A DNA stretch of 64,000 bases. Origin: a virus. This document shows positions 37,376-46,829 of this stretch, one piece after another. The translations under genes and the position numbers were made by a program. The notes beneath the pieces are model-generated. The model saw only the letters and a list, made by a program, of their open reading frames with translations. It ran no database searches and had not been told where the DNA came from. Numbering within the stretch: the first letter of the stretch is position 1; each line of letters starts with the position of its first letter. The stretch lies in IMG/VR virus record IMGVR_UViG_3300000117_000007; one strand, written 5' to 3'.

Positions 37376-39766
37376 ATGACTGAGAAACTTAAAAATCAAA
37401 AATCAACTCTTGCGAAACTGATGGCGTCAGAAGACATCACAGTTCTTCACAAGAAAATACCAACTGCATACTTTGATGTAAAGAACAGGATACTTGCTTG
37501 TCCTACTTTCAAAGATGATATTTCACCAGAACTTTATGACTTGTTTATGGGTCACGAAGTTGGTCATGCATTGAATACACCTTTCGAAGGGTTACATTCT
37601 ACTCTTAAAGAGAATAGAACTCTCAAGGGTTATCTCAATGTTGTAGAAGATGTCAGAATTGAAAGAAAGATTAAAGACAAGTTTGCTGGACTTAGAAAGT
37701 CTTTTTATGCCGCATACAATGAATTGATGCAGAGAGACTTCTTTGGAATCAAAGATAGAAATCTTCAAGAACTTTCATTGATTGACAAGATCAATTTGAT
37801 CACCAAGTGTGGTTCAAGAGTTTCAATTACACTGACCGATGAAGAGCAGGTGTTCTTAGATGCTTCACTTAAGTGTGAGACATGGGAAGATGTTGTTCAA
37901 GTTGCTACAGCAATCTATGAGTGGTCAAAAGAAAACGAAACAAGAGACGAATCAGACCAAGCAATCACTTATCAGTATTCAGATATCGAAGATATCGACG
38001 AAGATGAGGACGATTTCGAAGAAGATTATGAAGATGATTTTGGTTCTGATGGCGAAGAGTCAGACGTAGAGCAAGAGAACTCAGAGCAAGAAGACTCTCT
38101 CCCAGACGTTCCTACGGGTACTGGAGACGTTCCAGCGGGTGCTTCTGAAGAGACTGAAGACGATGTATCAGAGTCAGAAGAGCAGATTAAACAGACTGGT
38201 GGCAAGTTCGGTGGTACTTCTTACGGAATGCATGACGATGAAAATGGTGCTAGAGAATCATTGACTGAACATTTTGCTCACAATAATGAAGACCAGTTCA
38301 TAGATGAGAATGCTTGTATCAAAACTAGCATCGATCTTAAAAAGAACTGGAAGAACATAGATGATATGTACTACTCTTACACTGAGGTGTTCAACGACTT
38401 CGATCAAATGATGGTGATCACTGATGCCGACAAAGCAGATAATTGGAAGTTAAAAAGAAAACAAGAGTCAATGCAATTTATACCTCTTGCTGGACCTGGT
38501 ACTAGAAAATATCTACAAGACAAAAACAAAAGTATTGTTGCCCACATGGCAAAAGAGTTTGAAATGAGACAGACTGCCATGAGATCAGCAAAAGCATTCA
38601 CTGGTAAAAGTGGTCAACTTGATATGAATAGACTTGCAAAGTATCAGATCATTGAAGATGTATTCAAGAGAGTTACTTATTTACCAGACGGAAAGAATCA
38701 CGGTGTTAACGTGTTACTTGACTGGTCAGGTTCTATCTCTCATGAGATTAAAGACTTGATCGAGCAAACTTTCATCTTATCAGAATTCTGTAACAAAGTT
38801 CAGATTCCTTTCAGAATCTTCTTGTTCTCAGATTCAATTATGAGAGGTGAAGATTACTGGTCAAGTGGTGAGGGCAAACTTGTAGAACTTCTTTCAAACG
38901 AAATGAGTGGTAAAAAGTACACTAAGGGTTTGAATATTCTTTCTCAAATGTACATGCACTTCTGGAAATCTGAAATACTTCAAGGTTGGGAACCTGCTGA
39001 TTCAGAAGATGTTGAATTATTAAATTCAATATTCAACCTTGACCCAGAAGATGCCTCATATTATGATAAGAGAAATGATCTTAATTATTGTGACTTGGTC
39101 CCAAACAACTTCAGACTTGGCGGGACACCTCTTAATCACTGTTTACTAGCAATGAGAAAGTGGATCCCAGAGTTCAACAGAATGTACGGAATTGAAAAGT
39201 CAATCATGACAATTATCACTGATGGTTTCAGTCATGAATCAGACTTGCTCAGACAGTCCGACGAAGAGTTTGCAGATGCTAAGTCTCAGATGGGTAGTGA
39301 CTGGATCGGCAGATCAAACATGAAAAGATACTTGATTGATCCTTACACTAACAAGACGTATCTTTACCATGAACCAAGTGACTACAACTATGGTGACTGG
39401 AACAGAACTGCTAATCTACTTGAGTGGATATCAGAAACTTGTAACGTTACAATCACTGGTTACTTTGTCTTCAGTAAGAAGAAAGATTTTTCAACTACTA
39501 CCCACTACATGCCTGGCATTTCTTGGGAAGAGAAAGATGAAATCTGGAAAGCAATGAGAAAGACTGGTTACGTTTTCAAAACTAAAGGTTACAACAAGTT
39601 ATTCTTTACTTACAAAAATAACTTAACTGCATCAAGTGATACTGAATTGTCAGACGACTTGGTCGATGCTAAGAAGTCTAGGTTGACTTCAGCATTTAAA
39701 AAGAATCAGAAGTCTAAAGTAACATCTAGATTTCTAACAACTGAGTTCATAAAGGAGATAGCATAA
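37376..39766 (+). CDS. metallopeptidase-like plus vWA domain protein (CobT-like partner of the AAA ATPase)
   Basis: HEVGH zinc motif, acidic linker, MIDAS DWSGS, GGTPL and ITDG. Confidence 0.8.
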   Translation: MTEKLKNQKSTLAKLMASEDITVLHKKIPTAYFDVKNRILACPTFKDDISPELYDLFMGHEVGHALNTPFEGLHSTLKENRTLKGYLNVVEDVRIERKIKDKFAGLRKSFYAAYNELMQRDFFGIKDRNLQELSLIDKINLITKCGSRVSITLTDEEQVFLDASLKCETWEDVVQVATAIYEWSKENETRDESDQAITYQYSDIEDIDEDEDDFEEDYEDDFGSDGEESDVEQENSEQEDSLPDVPTGTGDVPAGASEETEDDVSESEEQIKQTGGKFGGTSYGMHDDENGARESLTEHFAHNNEDQFIDENACIKTSIDLKKNWKNIDDMYYSYTEVFNDFDQMMVITDADKADNWKLKRKQESMQFIPLAGPGTRKYLQDKNKSIVAHMAKEFEMRQTAMRSAKAFTGKSGQLDMNRLAKYQIIEDVFKRVTYLPDGKNHGVNVLLDWSGSISHEIKDLIEQTFILSEFCNKVQIPFRIFLFSDSIMRGEDYWSSGEGKLVELLSNEMSGKKYTKGLNILSQMYMHFWKSEILQGWEPADSEDVELLNSIFNLDPEDASYYDKRNDLNYCDLVPNNFRLGGTPLNHCLLAMRKWIPEFNRMYGIEKSIMTIITDGFSHESDLLRQSDEEFADAKSQMGSDWIGRSNMKRYLIDPYTNKTYLYHEPSDYNYGDWNRTANLLEWISETCNVTITGYFVFSKKKDFSTTTHYMPGISWEEKDEIWKAMRKTGYVFKTKGYNKLFFTYKNNLTASSDTELSDDLVDAKKSRLTSAFKKNQKSKVTSRFLTTEFIKEIA

Positions 39767-40038
39767 TGAGAAACTTAGCAATTGATATAACTGAATACGA
39801 AAACTTCCCAGATGGTGGCAATGTCGCAAGGAACAAATTTGCTGAAGCAATGGCAAACATTGGTCCTGGTCCATGTGTGAAGTTCAACTGTGAGAGGCAA
39901 CAAGAATGTGCATCTGAAAAAGTTGAATGTAAGGCATTTAGATACTGGGTAAACAATGACAGTTACTGGACAAAAAGAAAAGGTGTTAAGACATCAATCA
40001 GTGTTGACCTAGGCAGATTAATCAAGGAGATGGAATAA
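39766..40038 (+). CDS. hypothetical Cys-rich protein
   Basis: AAGGAG RBS; four clustered Cys. Confidence 0.6.
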   Translation: MRNLAIDITEYENFPDGGNVARNKFAEAMANIGPGPCVKFNCERQQECASEKVECKAFRYWVNNDSYWTKRKGVKTSISVDLGRLIKEME

Positions 40039-40577
40039 TGACCAAGATAGCACTATCACAAATTGGTGAAAAGGGAGAAGCAAAAGCAAGGTGTGTAATG
40101 AGGGATATAATTGTCCCATTCAAAATCGTACCTGGTTTAACTGAAGAATCAATCAAGATGTGCAAAGCATTCAATGTTGAATACTTAATCGAACTAGCAC
40201 TAGCAAAGGTCGGAGGGTACAATTTTGTAGATGAATCTGGATTTGATTTTGATGATTACTCAGATAGTAAGACTGCAAGTGTGGAACCTAGAGGTGGGGT
40301 GTCCATCGGGTCACTCGAAACAAAGATTGGTTCTATAAGAGCAGTGATCTATAATCCATTTGAAGATAGGTTAGACTACTTCTTTTTTCCAGTTGATGGG
40401 TGGAAAGATTTAGAAGAAGCATCATACGGAAAAGCAAAGCACAAAACAAGAATCAGATCATCTTATAATAAGACAACTCAGATGTATTCTAAGTTTGAAC
40501 CTTATAGATGTAAAGACTTTAAAGAACTGGCAAAAAAAGTTGCCTGTGAAGTAGATGCAGAAATTATTTTGGGTTAA
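40038..40577 (+). CDS. hypothetical protein, possibly PD-(D/E)xK nuclease-like
   Basis: E...GFDFDDYSDSKT pattern. Confidence 0.4.
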   Translation: MTKIALSQIGEKGEAKARCVMRDIIVPFKIVPGLTEESIKMCKAFNVEYLIELALAKVGGYNFVDESGFDFDDYSDSKTASVEPRGGVSIGSLETKIGSIRAVIYNPFEDRLDYFFFPVDGWKDLEEASYGKAKHKTRIRSSYNKTTQMYSKFEPYRCKDFKELAKKVACEVDAEIILG

Positions 40578-40581
40578 GGGG

Positions 40582-40611
40582 TTGACAATGACCCTCACTT
40601 TTTGATACCAT
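40582..40611 (+). promoter_or_regulatory. early sigma70-type promoter
   Basis: TTGACA-N18-TACCAT with the conserved CTCACTTTTT spacer. Confidence 0.7.
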
Positions 40612-40654
40612 TATAACTGATGAGAAATTTAACGTGTAATTTTAAGGAGACTAT

Positions 40655-41923
40655 ATGAAAGCACACAATGAGTATAATATAAAAAGATCGTATGACGAAT
40701 CGGAGTCAGTCATACTTTCTACAGGGAAGAAATTCCACATGACTCCAGATAGGAAAGAATTCTTAGCAGAACTTCAATCTGCCTTTCCTGAGCAATCTGT
40801 TTTTCTAAAAGAAGATTTAGAAAAACTATCACACACCCCATACTGGGTGAAGTCAACAAGGTTCCCTTTTGCTTCTGCTGATAAATCGTCATATGATTTG
40901 ACTATGTTACTTGGTGGTTTGTCACCGACAGCAGTTCAAAATGTGAAACAACCAACGGTTATTCCAATGACACCAGCACCTGTTTCTAATAACATGCCTG
41001 TCGCCGCTCAGACTCAAGCAGTGAATCTGATCGAAGACAATGTAAAAATCATTCCTGAGAAAATGACTAACTATGTTCCGTTTGGACATTTCAAAGATGT
41101 CAAACAGATTATCAAGTCTAAGATTTTCTTCCCAGTCTTTGTGACAGGGTTATCTGGTAATGGTAAAACATTGATGATCGAACAAGTATGTGCCCAACTG
41201 AAGAGAGAACTCTACAGGGTCAATATCACCATCGAGACTGATGAAGATGATTTGATGGGTGGTCATACTCTTCAAAATGGTAACATTACTTTCAGAGAAG
41301 GTCCTGTTATCAAAGCAATGAGAAAGGGTGCCGTACTCTTGCTCGATGAAGTCGATCTTGGTTCTAACAAGTTGATGTGTCTACAATCAGTTCTTGAAGG
41401 TAAAGGTTATCTAATCAAGAAAACTGGTGAGTGGGTGACACCTGCACCAGGATTTACAATTCTTGCGACTGCTAATACAAAGGGTCAAGGTTCAGAAGAT
41501 GGCAAGTTCATCGGAACTCAGATCATGAACGAGGCGATGCTTGAAAGATTCGCCATCACAATGCAACAAGAATATCCACCAGTGTCAACTGAGAAGAGAA
41601 TTCTTAAGAAAGAAATGGAACTAAGTGGTTCTGTTGATGAAGAGTTCTGTGACAAACTTGTCGACTGGGCAGACATTATCAGAAAGACCTATTACGAGGG
41701 TGCTATCGATGATGTTGTTACTACAAGGAGACTTGTTCACATTGTCAATGCATTCAGAATGTTTGACGACAAAATGAAGTCAATCGAAATGTGTATTACA
41801 AGATTTGATGAAGAAACTAGAAGTTCCATTCTCGACCTCTACACCAAAGTAGATGCAGGGGTCGACATGGAAAACCCTCTTGAAGATTCAGAGTCTTCAG
41901 AGTATAATGAATACGATGAGTAA
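40655..41923 (+). CDS. MoxR-family AAA+ ATPase (CobS-like)
   Basis: GLSGNGKT, LLLDEVD, ATANTKGQG and LERF. Confidence 0.88.
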   Translation: MKAHNEYNIKRSYDESESVILSTGKKFHMTPDRKEFLAELQSAFPEQSVFLKEDLEKLSHTPYWVKSTRFPFASADKSSYDLTMLLGGLSPTAVQNVKQPTVIPMTPAPVSNNMPVAAQTQAVNLIEDNVKIIPEKMTNYVPFGHFKDVKQIIKSKIFFPVFVTGLSGNGKTLMIEQVCAQLKRELYRVNITIETDEDDLMGGHTLQNGNITFREGPVIKAMRKGAVLLLDEVDLGSNKLMCLQSVLEGKGYLIKKTGEWVTPAPGFTILATANTKGQGSEDGKFIGTQIMNEAMLERFAITMQQEYPPVSTEKRILKKEMELSGSVDEEFCDKLVDWADIIRKTYYEGAIDDVVTTRRLVHIVNAFRMFDDKMKSIEMCITRFDEETRSSILDLYTKVDAGVDMENPLEDSESSEYNEYDE

Positions 41924-42206
41924 TAATATCGACTACAAATATAACGAGGACAAACTCTTAAACGAGTTTTCCTCTTATATTGATAATACATACGACCAAC
42001 ATTACTCACTAAACAAATACCAGAGTACTGAGTTTATTATTGACTCAGGACATGGTGAAGGTTTTTGTATCGGCAATATTATGAAATATGCACAAAGATA
42101 CGGAAAGAAAGGTGGCAAGAATAGAGCAGACTTGTTAAAAGTTTTGCACTATGCCTTGTTTATGTTACACGTTCACGATAAGGAGACTGAGAATGAAATT
42201 AAGTGA
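41916..42206 (+). CDS. DUF3310-like protein
   Basis: YKYNED, HY, GFCIGNIMKYAQRYGKK and DLLKVLHYA; start moved to MSNNIDY. Confidence 0.75.
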   Translation: MSNNIDYKYNEDKLLNEFSSYIDNTYDQHYSLNKYQSTEFIIDSGHGEGFCIGNIMKYAQRYGKKGGKNRADLLKVLHYALFMLHVHDKETENEIK

Positions 42207-42858
42207 AGAAACAAGAAGTATATTAAAAAACTTCGCAACAATAAATTCGGGTATCAAAGTTGAGACAGGTTCTCAATTGAAGACTATTTCGAATATGAAA
42301 AACATCTTGGCAGTAGCAACTGTTTCAGAAGCATTTGACCAAGGGTTTAGTATATACAATCTAGGAGAATTTCTAGGTGCAGTATCATTGCTAGATAATC
42401 CAGACTTTGCATTTAACGATGCATCTGCAAGTATCAGTGATGATAATACTAGCATGACTTACTTCTATGCAAGTGAGGGTATGGTGACATCGCCAGAGAA
42501 GATGATTACAATGCCTGATGCAGAGATTAAAGTTGATCTATCATCAACACTACTTGGCGAATTGCAAAAAGCGGCCAGTGTTTTAGGTGTTAGTGATTTA
42601 GTACTACAATCAGATGGTACTAAAATCGAGTTAGTAGTAACTGATAAAAAGAATGCAACATCAAATACATTCAGCAGAATCGTTGGAGAAGGTACAGGTG
42701 TTTCATTTACAATGAACTTTAAGATTGATAACTTGAAAGTTCTAGATGGTAATTATGAAGTCTTGGTTTCATCGAAAGGTATTTCAAACTTCAAAAACAA
42801 GGATATAGACTTAGAGTACTTCATTGCACTTGAACCAGATTCAAAATACAATGTGTAA
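42193..42858 (+). CDS. gp45: sliding clamp gp45
   Basis: MKLSEET..ILKNFATIN.GI, IYNLGEFL and YFIALE. Confidence 0.94.
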   Translation: MKLSEETRSILKNFATINSGIKVETGSQLKTISNMKNILAVATVSEAFDQGFSIYNLGEFLGAVSLLDNPDFAFNDASASISDDNTSMTYFYASEGMVTSPEKMITMPDAEIKVDLSSTLLGELQKAASVLGVSDLVLQSDGTKIELVVTDKKNATSNTFSRIVGEGTGVSFTMNFKIDNLKVLDGNYEVLVSSKGISNFKNKDIDLEYFIALEPDSKYNV

Positions 42859-42975
42859 CATATATAATATAATTATGTGTGATAAAAGTGCTAGTCTCCA
42901 CAATTATCATGGGAGTAGAATATCTCATCAATCTCTTGGCATTCTACACGATCTATCGGAGGGGTTAGGTCAACT

Positions 42976-43917
42976 ATGAGTAACGAATTTTTATACGTAG
43001 AGAAGTATCGTCCTCAAACAATTGAAGAGACAATACTACCTGCATCGATCAAGAAAAGTTTTCAAGAGTTTGTCAAGAATGGCGAACTACCAAATTTGTT
43101 ACTAACTGGTTCAGCAGGCATTGGTAAAACTACAGTTGCGAAAGCATTGTGTAATGAAATCGGTGCAGACTTTATTGTCATTAACGGATCAGATGAGGGT
43201 CGTCTTATCGACACTCTCAGAACTAAAATCAAAAACTTTGCATCTACAGTGTCACTCAGTGGTGGTTCTAAAGTCGTCATACTTGATGAAGCAGATTATA
43301 TATCAGCAGATTCAGTTCAACCTGCTTTAAGAAACTTCATAGAAGAGTTCTCAAGCAACTGTAGATTCATTTTTACATGTAACTACAAGAACAGAATTAT
43401 TCCTGCACTTCACAGTAGATGTACAGTTATTGATTTCAAAATAACACCCACAGAAAAACAAAAACTTGCTTCAGTCTTTATGAATAGACTTAAGATGATT
43501 TGCGATGATGAGGGTATTAAATACGAAGAGAAAGTATTAGTAGAACTGATACTTAAATTCTTCCCAGACTTTAGAAGATGTATCAATGAAGTACAACGTT
43601 ATGGTGCATCAGGTGTAATTGATAGTGGTTTGTTAGCAACACTATCAGAAGAAAAACTAACACCTCTGGTCGACATGTTGAAAAGTAAAGATTGGTCTGG
43701 TATGAGAAAGTGGGTTGGTCAAAATGCTGATAACGATTTCAATACTTTGTATAGAAAAGTTTTCAATGCATTAGAGAAAAGACTTGAACCAAGTTCAATA
43801 CCATCGGCAGTTCTAATCATTGCAGACTATCAATACAAATCTGCATTTGCAATGGACTCAGAGATTAATTTTACTGCATGTCTAACAGAAATTATGTCGG
43901 AGTGTAAATTCAAATAA
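42976..43917 (+). CDS. gp44: clamp loader large subunit gp44
   Basis: VEKYRP, GSAGIGKTT, ILDEAD and LHSRC. Confidence 0.96.
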   Translation: MSNEFLYVEKYRPQTIEETILPASIKKSFQEFVKNGELPNLLLTGSAGIGKTTVAKALCNEIGADFIVINGSDEGRLIDTLRTKIKNFASTVSLSGGSKVVILDEADYISADSVQPALRNFIEEFSSNCRFIFTCNYKNRIIPALHSRCTVIDFKITPTEKQKLASVFMNRLKMICDDEGIKYEEKVLVELILKFFPDFRRCINEVQRYGASGVIDSGLLATLSEEKLTPLVDMLKSKDWSGMRKWVGQNADNDFNTLYRKVFNALEKRLEPSSIPSAVLIIADYQYKSAFAMDSEINFTACLTEIMSECKFK

Positions 43918-44042
43918 TGGGTAAGTTAAGACAATGGTTTCAAAAATGGTTTGACAAAAGAATTGAAAAGTCATTCCAAAGACAAGCAGACAGACTGTTC
44001 GCAAAACACGATGTCGAATATAGAGACGGAGATAATACATGA
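43917..44042 (+). CDS. small hypothetical protein (41 aa, not in ORF track)
   Basis: MGKLRQWFQKWFDKR...; TAATG and ATGA overlaps with its neighbours. Confidence 0.55.
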   Translation: MGKLRQWFQKWFDKRIEKSFQRQADRLFAKHDVEYRDGDNT

Positions 44043-44350
44043 CTCAATATGATAACGAAGTAGAAAGACAAAGAATTATTCTCGAAGCAGAAGAATGGGC
44101 AAAGGGTGTTAAAAGCATTCATGTACATTCTTTTAACTCTATGTGGTATGATGATCACCCAGAAGACACAGATGGTACTCCACGTAAAACTGTGACAGAT
44201 GTAGAATATAACAATGGTCTTATCGTAAGAAGCAGAAACGGAAAACAAATTCGTAAGTTTGGTATGAAACTCAAAGGCGATGCTTTGATCCAGCAATACG
44301 AGAGAGTTCAACAATCTTCAAAACCAAAGTTTCGACCACAGTATGTCTAA
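44039..44350 (+). CDS. hypothetical protein
   Basis: GGAG RBS; translationally coupled. Confidence 0.6.
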   Translation: MTQYDNEVERQRIILEAEEWAKGVKSIHVHSFNSMWYDDHPEDTDGTPRKTVTDVEYNNGLIVRSRNGKQIRKFGMKLKGDALIQQYERVQQSSKPKFRPQYV

Positions 44351-44753
44351 ACGAAATCCTTTCGACTTTGTTAAAAATGTAAGTTATGATAAAGTCGATA
44401 TCATGGTTGATGAGGTCGAAGAGAAAGCATATCAACCATTCCTCATAAATCGGGCGTTGTCTTATCACCAAGATGCCGTCTTTCTAGTAAACGAGTTAAA
44501 CTGTAAGCACGGGTTAGATAACCGTCTTCAGTACTTGTTTTTCATAAATACTCTTAGAAAAAGAAAAAGATTCAGTAAGTGGCAAAAACCATATGAATCT
44601 AAGAAACTAGAAACTGTAAAAGATTTTTACGGTGTTTCTACTCAGAAAGCAAAAGAGTATCTTGAACTTCTTGATGAAAAACAATACCGTATATTGAAAG
44701 ACAGAATGCATACAGGTGGTAAACACAATGGACGAACAGGAAATAGTAAATAG
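44343..44753 (+). CDS. gp62: clamp loader small subunit gp62
   Basis: YQPFLINRALS and QY.FFINTLRKRKRFSKW. Confidence 0.92.
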   Translation: MSKRNPFDFVKNVSYDKVDIMVDEVEEKAYQPFLINRALSYHQDAVFLVNELNCKHGLDNRLQYLFFINTLRKRKRFSKWQKPYESKKLETVKDFYGVSTQKAKEYLELLDEKQYRILKDRMHTGGKHNGRTGNSK

Positions 44754-45135
44754 TTTAGTCGAAATATCATTCGAACAAAAAGACGACTTCTTAAAGATAC
44801 GTGAGACACTCACACGTATCGGAGTTGCATCACGTAGAGAACAAGAACTCTTCCAATCATGTCACATCTTGCACAAGAAGGGCAAGTATTACATTACACA
44901 TTTCAAAGAATTATTCCAATTAGATGGTAAGAAGGCAACGTTTGATGAATCAGATGTTGGTCGAAGAAATACCATTATTGATTTACTTAAGCAATGGAAT
45001 CTAATTAAGGTGTTAGACGAATCAAAGATCGAAACACCTAGGGCACCATTGTCTCAGATTAAAATTGTGAGTTTTAAAGATAAAGAAAATTGGAAACTTA
45101 CTACAAAATACTCAATAGGTAGTAAAAACAACTAA
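44728..45135 (+). CDS. regA: translational repressor RegA
   Basis: DDFLKIRETLTRIGVAS and QSCHILHKKGKYYITHFKELF. Confidence 0.96.
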   Translation: MDEQEIVNSLVEISFEQKDDFLKIRETLTRIGVASRREQELFQSCHILHKKGKYYITHFKELFQLDGKKATFDESDVGRRNTIIDLLKQWNLIKVLDESKIETPRAPLSQIKIVSFKDKENWKLTTKYSIGSKNN

Positions 45136-45159
45136 ATATATCACTTAGGAGGAACAATT

Positions 45160-45366
45160 ATGTTTCAAGGTATTATAGATTTTGTTATGGGTATATGGAA
45201 CTTACTTATGATAGTTCCAGTTATTATATCAATATGCTCAGTAGTTGTAGCATTAACACCGACCCCGGCCGATGATAAGTTGTGGGCAAAAGTGTATAAG
45301 TGGTTAGAAGTTCTTGCTTTAGCAGTAGGTAAAGCAAAAGACAAAAACCCTCTTTTAGATAAGTAA
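45160..45366 (+). CDS. small membrane protein (possibly holin-like)
   Basis: AGGAGG RBS; TM helix plus ALTPTPADD motif. Confidence 0.55.
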   Translation: MFQGIIDFVMGIWNLLMIVPVIISICSVVVALTPTPADDKLWAKVYKWLEVLALAVGKAKDKNPLLDK

Positions 45367-45413
45367 CTTTTATGATAGAATAGTAGTACAACTATTCAGA
45401 ATAGGAGAAAAAT

Positions 45414-45698
45414 ATGGAATATGTGATAATTGGTATAATTGTTATACTAGCAGTTGTCTTCTATGTTAGAGGCGATAGTGGCAGTAGTTCTACTACAGTT
45501 ACAAAACCTGTCTCTAAACCTGCAGTAAGACCAGTTGTAAATGCAGATGCAAACAACAATGGTATTACAAGCAAGGCAGAACTTAAGAAATTAACTAAAG
45601 TTCAACTTGTGGATCTTGCAGAGAAGAAGAGTCTGAAAGTTAAGAAGTCTGGCACTAAAGCAGAGATTATTAACTCCATTCATACTCAATTGAAGTAA
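45414..45698 (+). CDS. membrane-anchored protein with EF-hand-like loop and Rho-N/SAP-like helical domain
   Basis: N-terminal TM helix; DANNNGITSKAE; LKKLTKVQLVDLA...GTKAEII. Confidence 0.55.
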   Translation: MEYVIIGIIVILAVVFYVRGDSGSSSTTVTKPVSKPAVRPVVNADANNNGITSKAELKKLTKVQLVDLAEKKSLKVKKSGTKAEIINSIHTQLK

Positions 45699-45717
45699 CA
45701 ACACACTTTAAAAGAAC

Positions 45718-45743
45718 AAGGGTGCTTCGGCACCCTTTTTTTT
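45718..45743 (+). terminator. intrinsic terminator
   Basis: AAGGGTGC-TTCG-GCACCCTT plus T run. Confidence 0.9.
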
Positions 45744-45763
45744 GTGTCCCGATAGACGATTTG

Positions 45764-45771
45764 TATAAATA
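45764..45771 (+). promoter_or_regulatory. T4-type late promoter heading the curli cassette
   Basis: TATAAATA shortly before ATG 45779. Confidence 0.75.
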
Positions 45772-45778
45772 ATAGGTG

Positions 45779-46075
45779 ATGGAAGATATACTATTATTAA
45801 TCAATGAAGTCGGTGTCCCGATTGCAAGTGCAATCGTAATGGCATTCTTTATCTTCCTAACACTTAGATACATCTTAGAGGGTGTATCAGATGATGTGAA
45901 GACTTTAACTGGCATGGTTGACATGCTAGAAGACAGATGTAGAGTTATGAATAACGAGATCGTTAAGATTGATTTGCTTATATCTCAATCCTTAGAACTA
46001 CAACCAGACCTTGATCGAGTCGCCAGAGCAGAGAACTTCGTGGAAGATGGAAGTATTGATGCTAGGAGAGATTAA
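45779..46075 (+). CDS. membrane protein (TM plus coiled coil)
   Basis: EVGVPIA TM helix; paralog-like to the next ORF. Confidence 0.65.
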   Translation: MEDILLLINEVGVPIASAIVMAFFIFLTLRYILEGVSDDVKTLTGMVDMLEDRCRVMNNEIVKIDLLISQSLELQPDLDRVARAENFVEDGSIDARRD

Positions 46076-46365
46076 TGGTCGAAGAAGTAATCAAGGTTGT
46101 AGACGAATTTGGATACCCAGTCGTCATGTCATTGGGAATGGGTTACTTCATTTACTTCATATGGAAATATGTAACTGAAGAACTAGAACCCAGAATAGAG
46201 AAACAAAAGATATCTCTAATTAGATTGATCGATCAAATGAGAATGTTAGATCAGGATCAAATTAGACTTCAGCAAAAACTGAATACTGTATTAGAGTACA
46301 GAAAAGCAGAACGTTTAAGGAAGAAACTACGTAATGAAAAACCAGATAAAGTTATTAAGTCTTAG
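46075..46365 (+). CDS. membrane protein (TM plus coiled coil)
   Basis: EFGYPVV TM helix and LIRLIDQMRMLDQD coil; TAATG coupling. Confidence 0.65.
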   Translation: MVEEVIKVVDEFGYPVVMSLGMGYFIYFIWKYVTEELEPRIEKQKISLIRLIDQMRMLDQDQIRLQQKLNTVLEYRKAERLRKKLRNEKPDKVIKS

Positions 46366-46828
46366 TTTATTAATATCAATGCCGATCATGGCAGATGAAA
46401 TCAAATTTGGTTTCAAAAATCCCTCATTCAGTGGACAGGGTACAGGTGCCCATTACTTAACCATTGAGAACCAAGAGACATCAAGAAAGAAAGCAATCGA
46501 AGAAGCACTCGAATCAGCAAGAAAGGCCGCTGAACGTGAAGCAGAGAATAGTACCCTTGCAAAATTTATTAGGAACTTAGAATCAAGAATCTATGCCCAA
46601 TTTGCAAAGCAGTTAGTAGAGAGTATGTTCTCAAACGATAATCCTGCGGGATTTGGATCGTTCATGCTTGAAGGTAATAGTATTACATGGGAAGTAATTA
46701 CAAATGCCGATGGTGCAGAAGTTATAAGATTAACAATTGTAGGTGAAGACGGAACAGAAACAGTAGTTGAGATCCCAGTTGGCACTGGTAACTTCGGTCA
46801 AGATCCAGATACAGGTTCAGGAGGATAA
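46334..46828 (+). CDS. csgF: curli assembly protein CsgF
   Basis: Signal peptide then F.FKNPSFSG.G (CsgF NPxFGG-like motif), F..NLESRI..Q..QL and G..TVVEIP. Confidence 0.8.
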   Translation: MKNQIKLLSLSLLISMPIMADEIKFGFKNPSFSGQGTGAHYLTIENQETSRKKAIEEALESARKAAEREAENSTLAKFIRNLESRIYAQFAKQLVESMFSNDNPAGFGSFMLEGNSITWEVITNADGAEVIRLTIVGEDGTETVVEIPVGTGNFGQDPDTGSGG

Positions 46829-46829
46829 A

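Noticed and set aside
40655-41923. Cobalamin biosynthesis (cobS/cobT) as a real metabolic pathway
   Set aside because: There is no cobN or other cob gene; the MoxR-vWA chaperone interpretation is more parsimonious.
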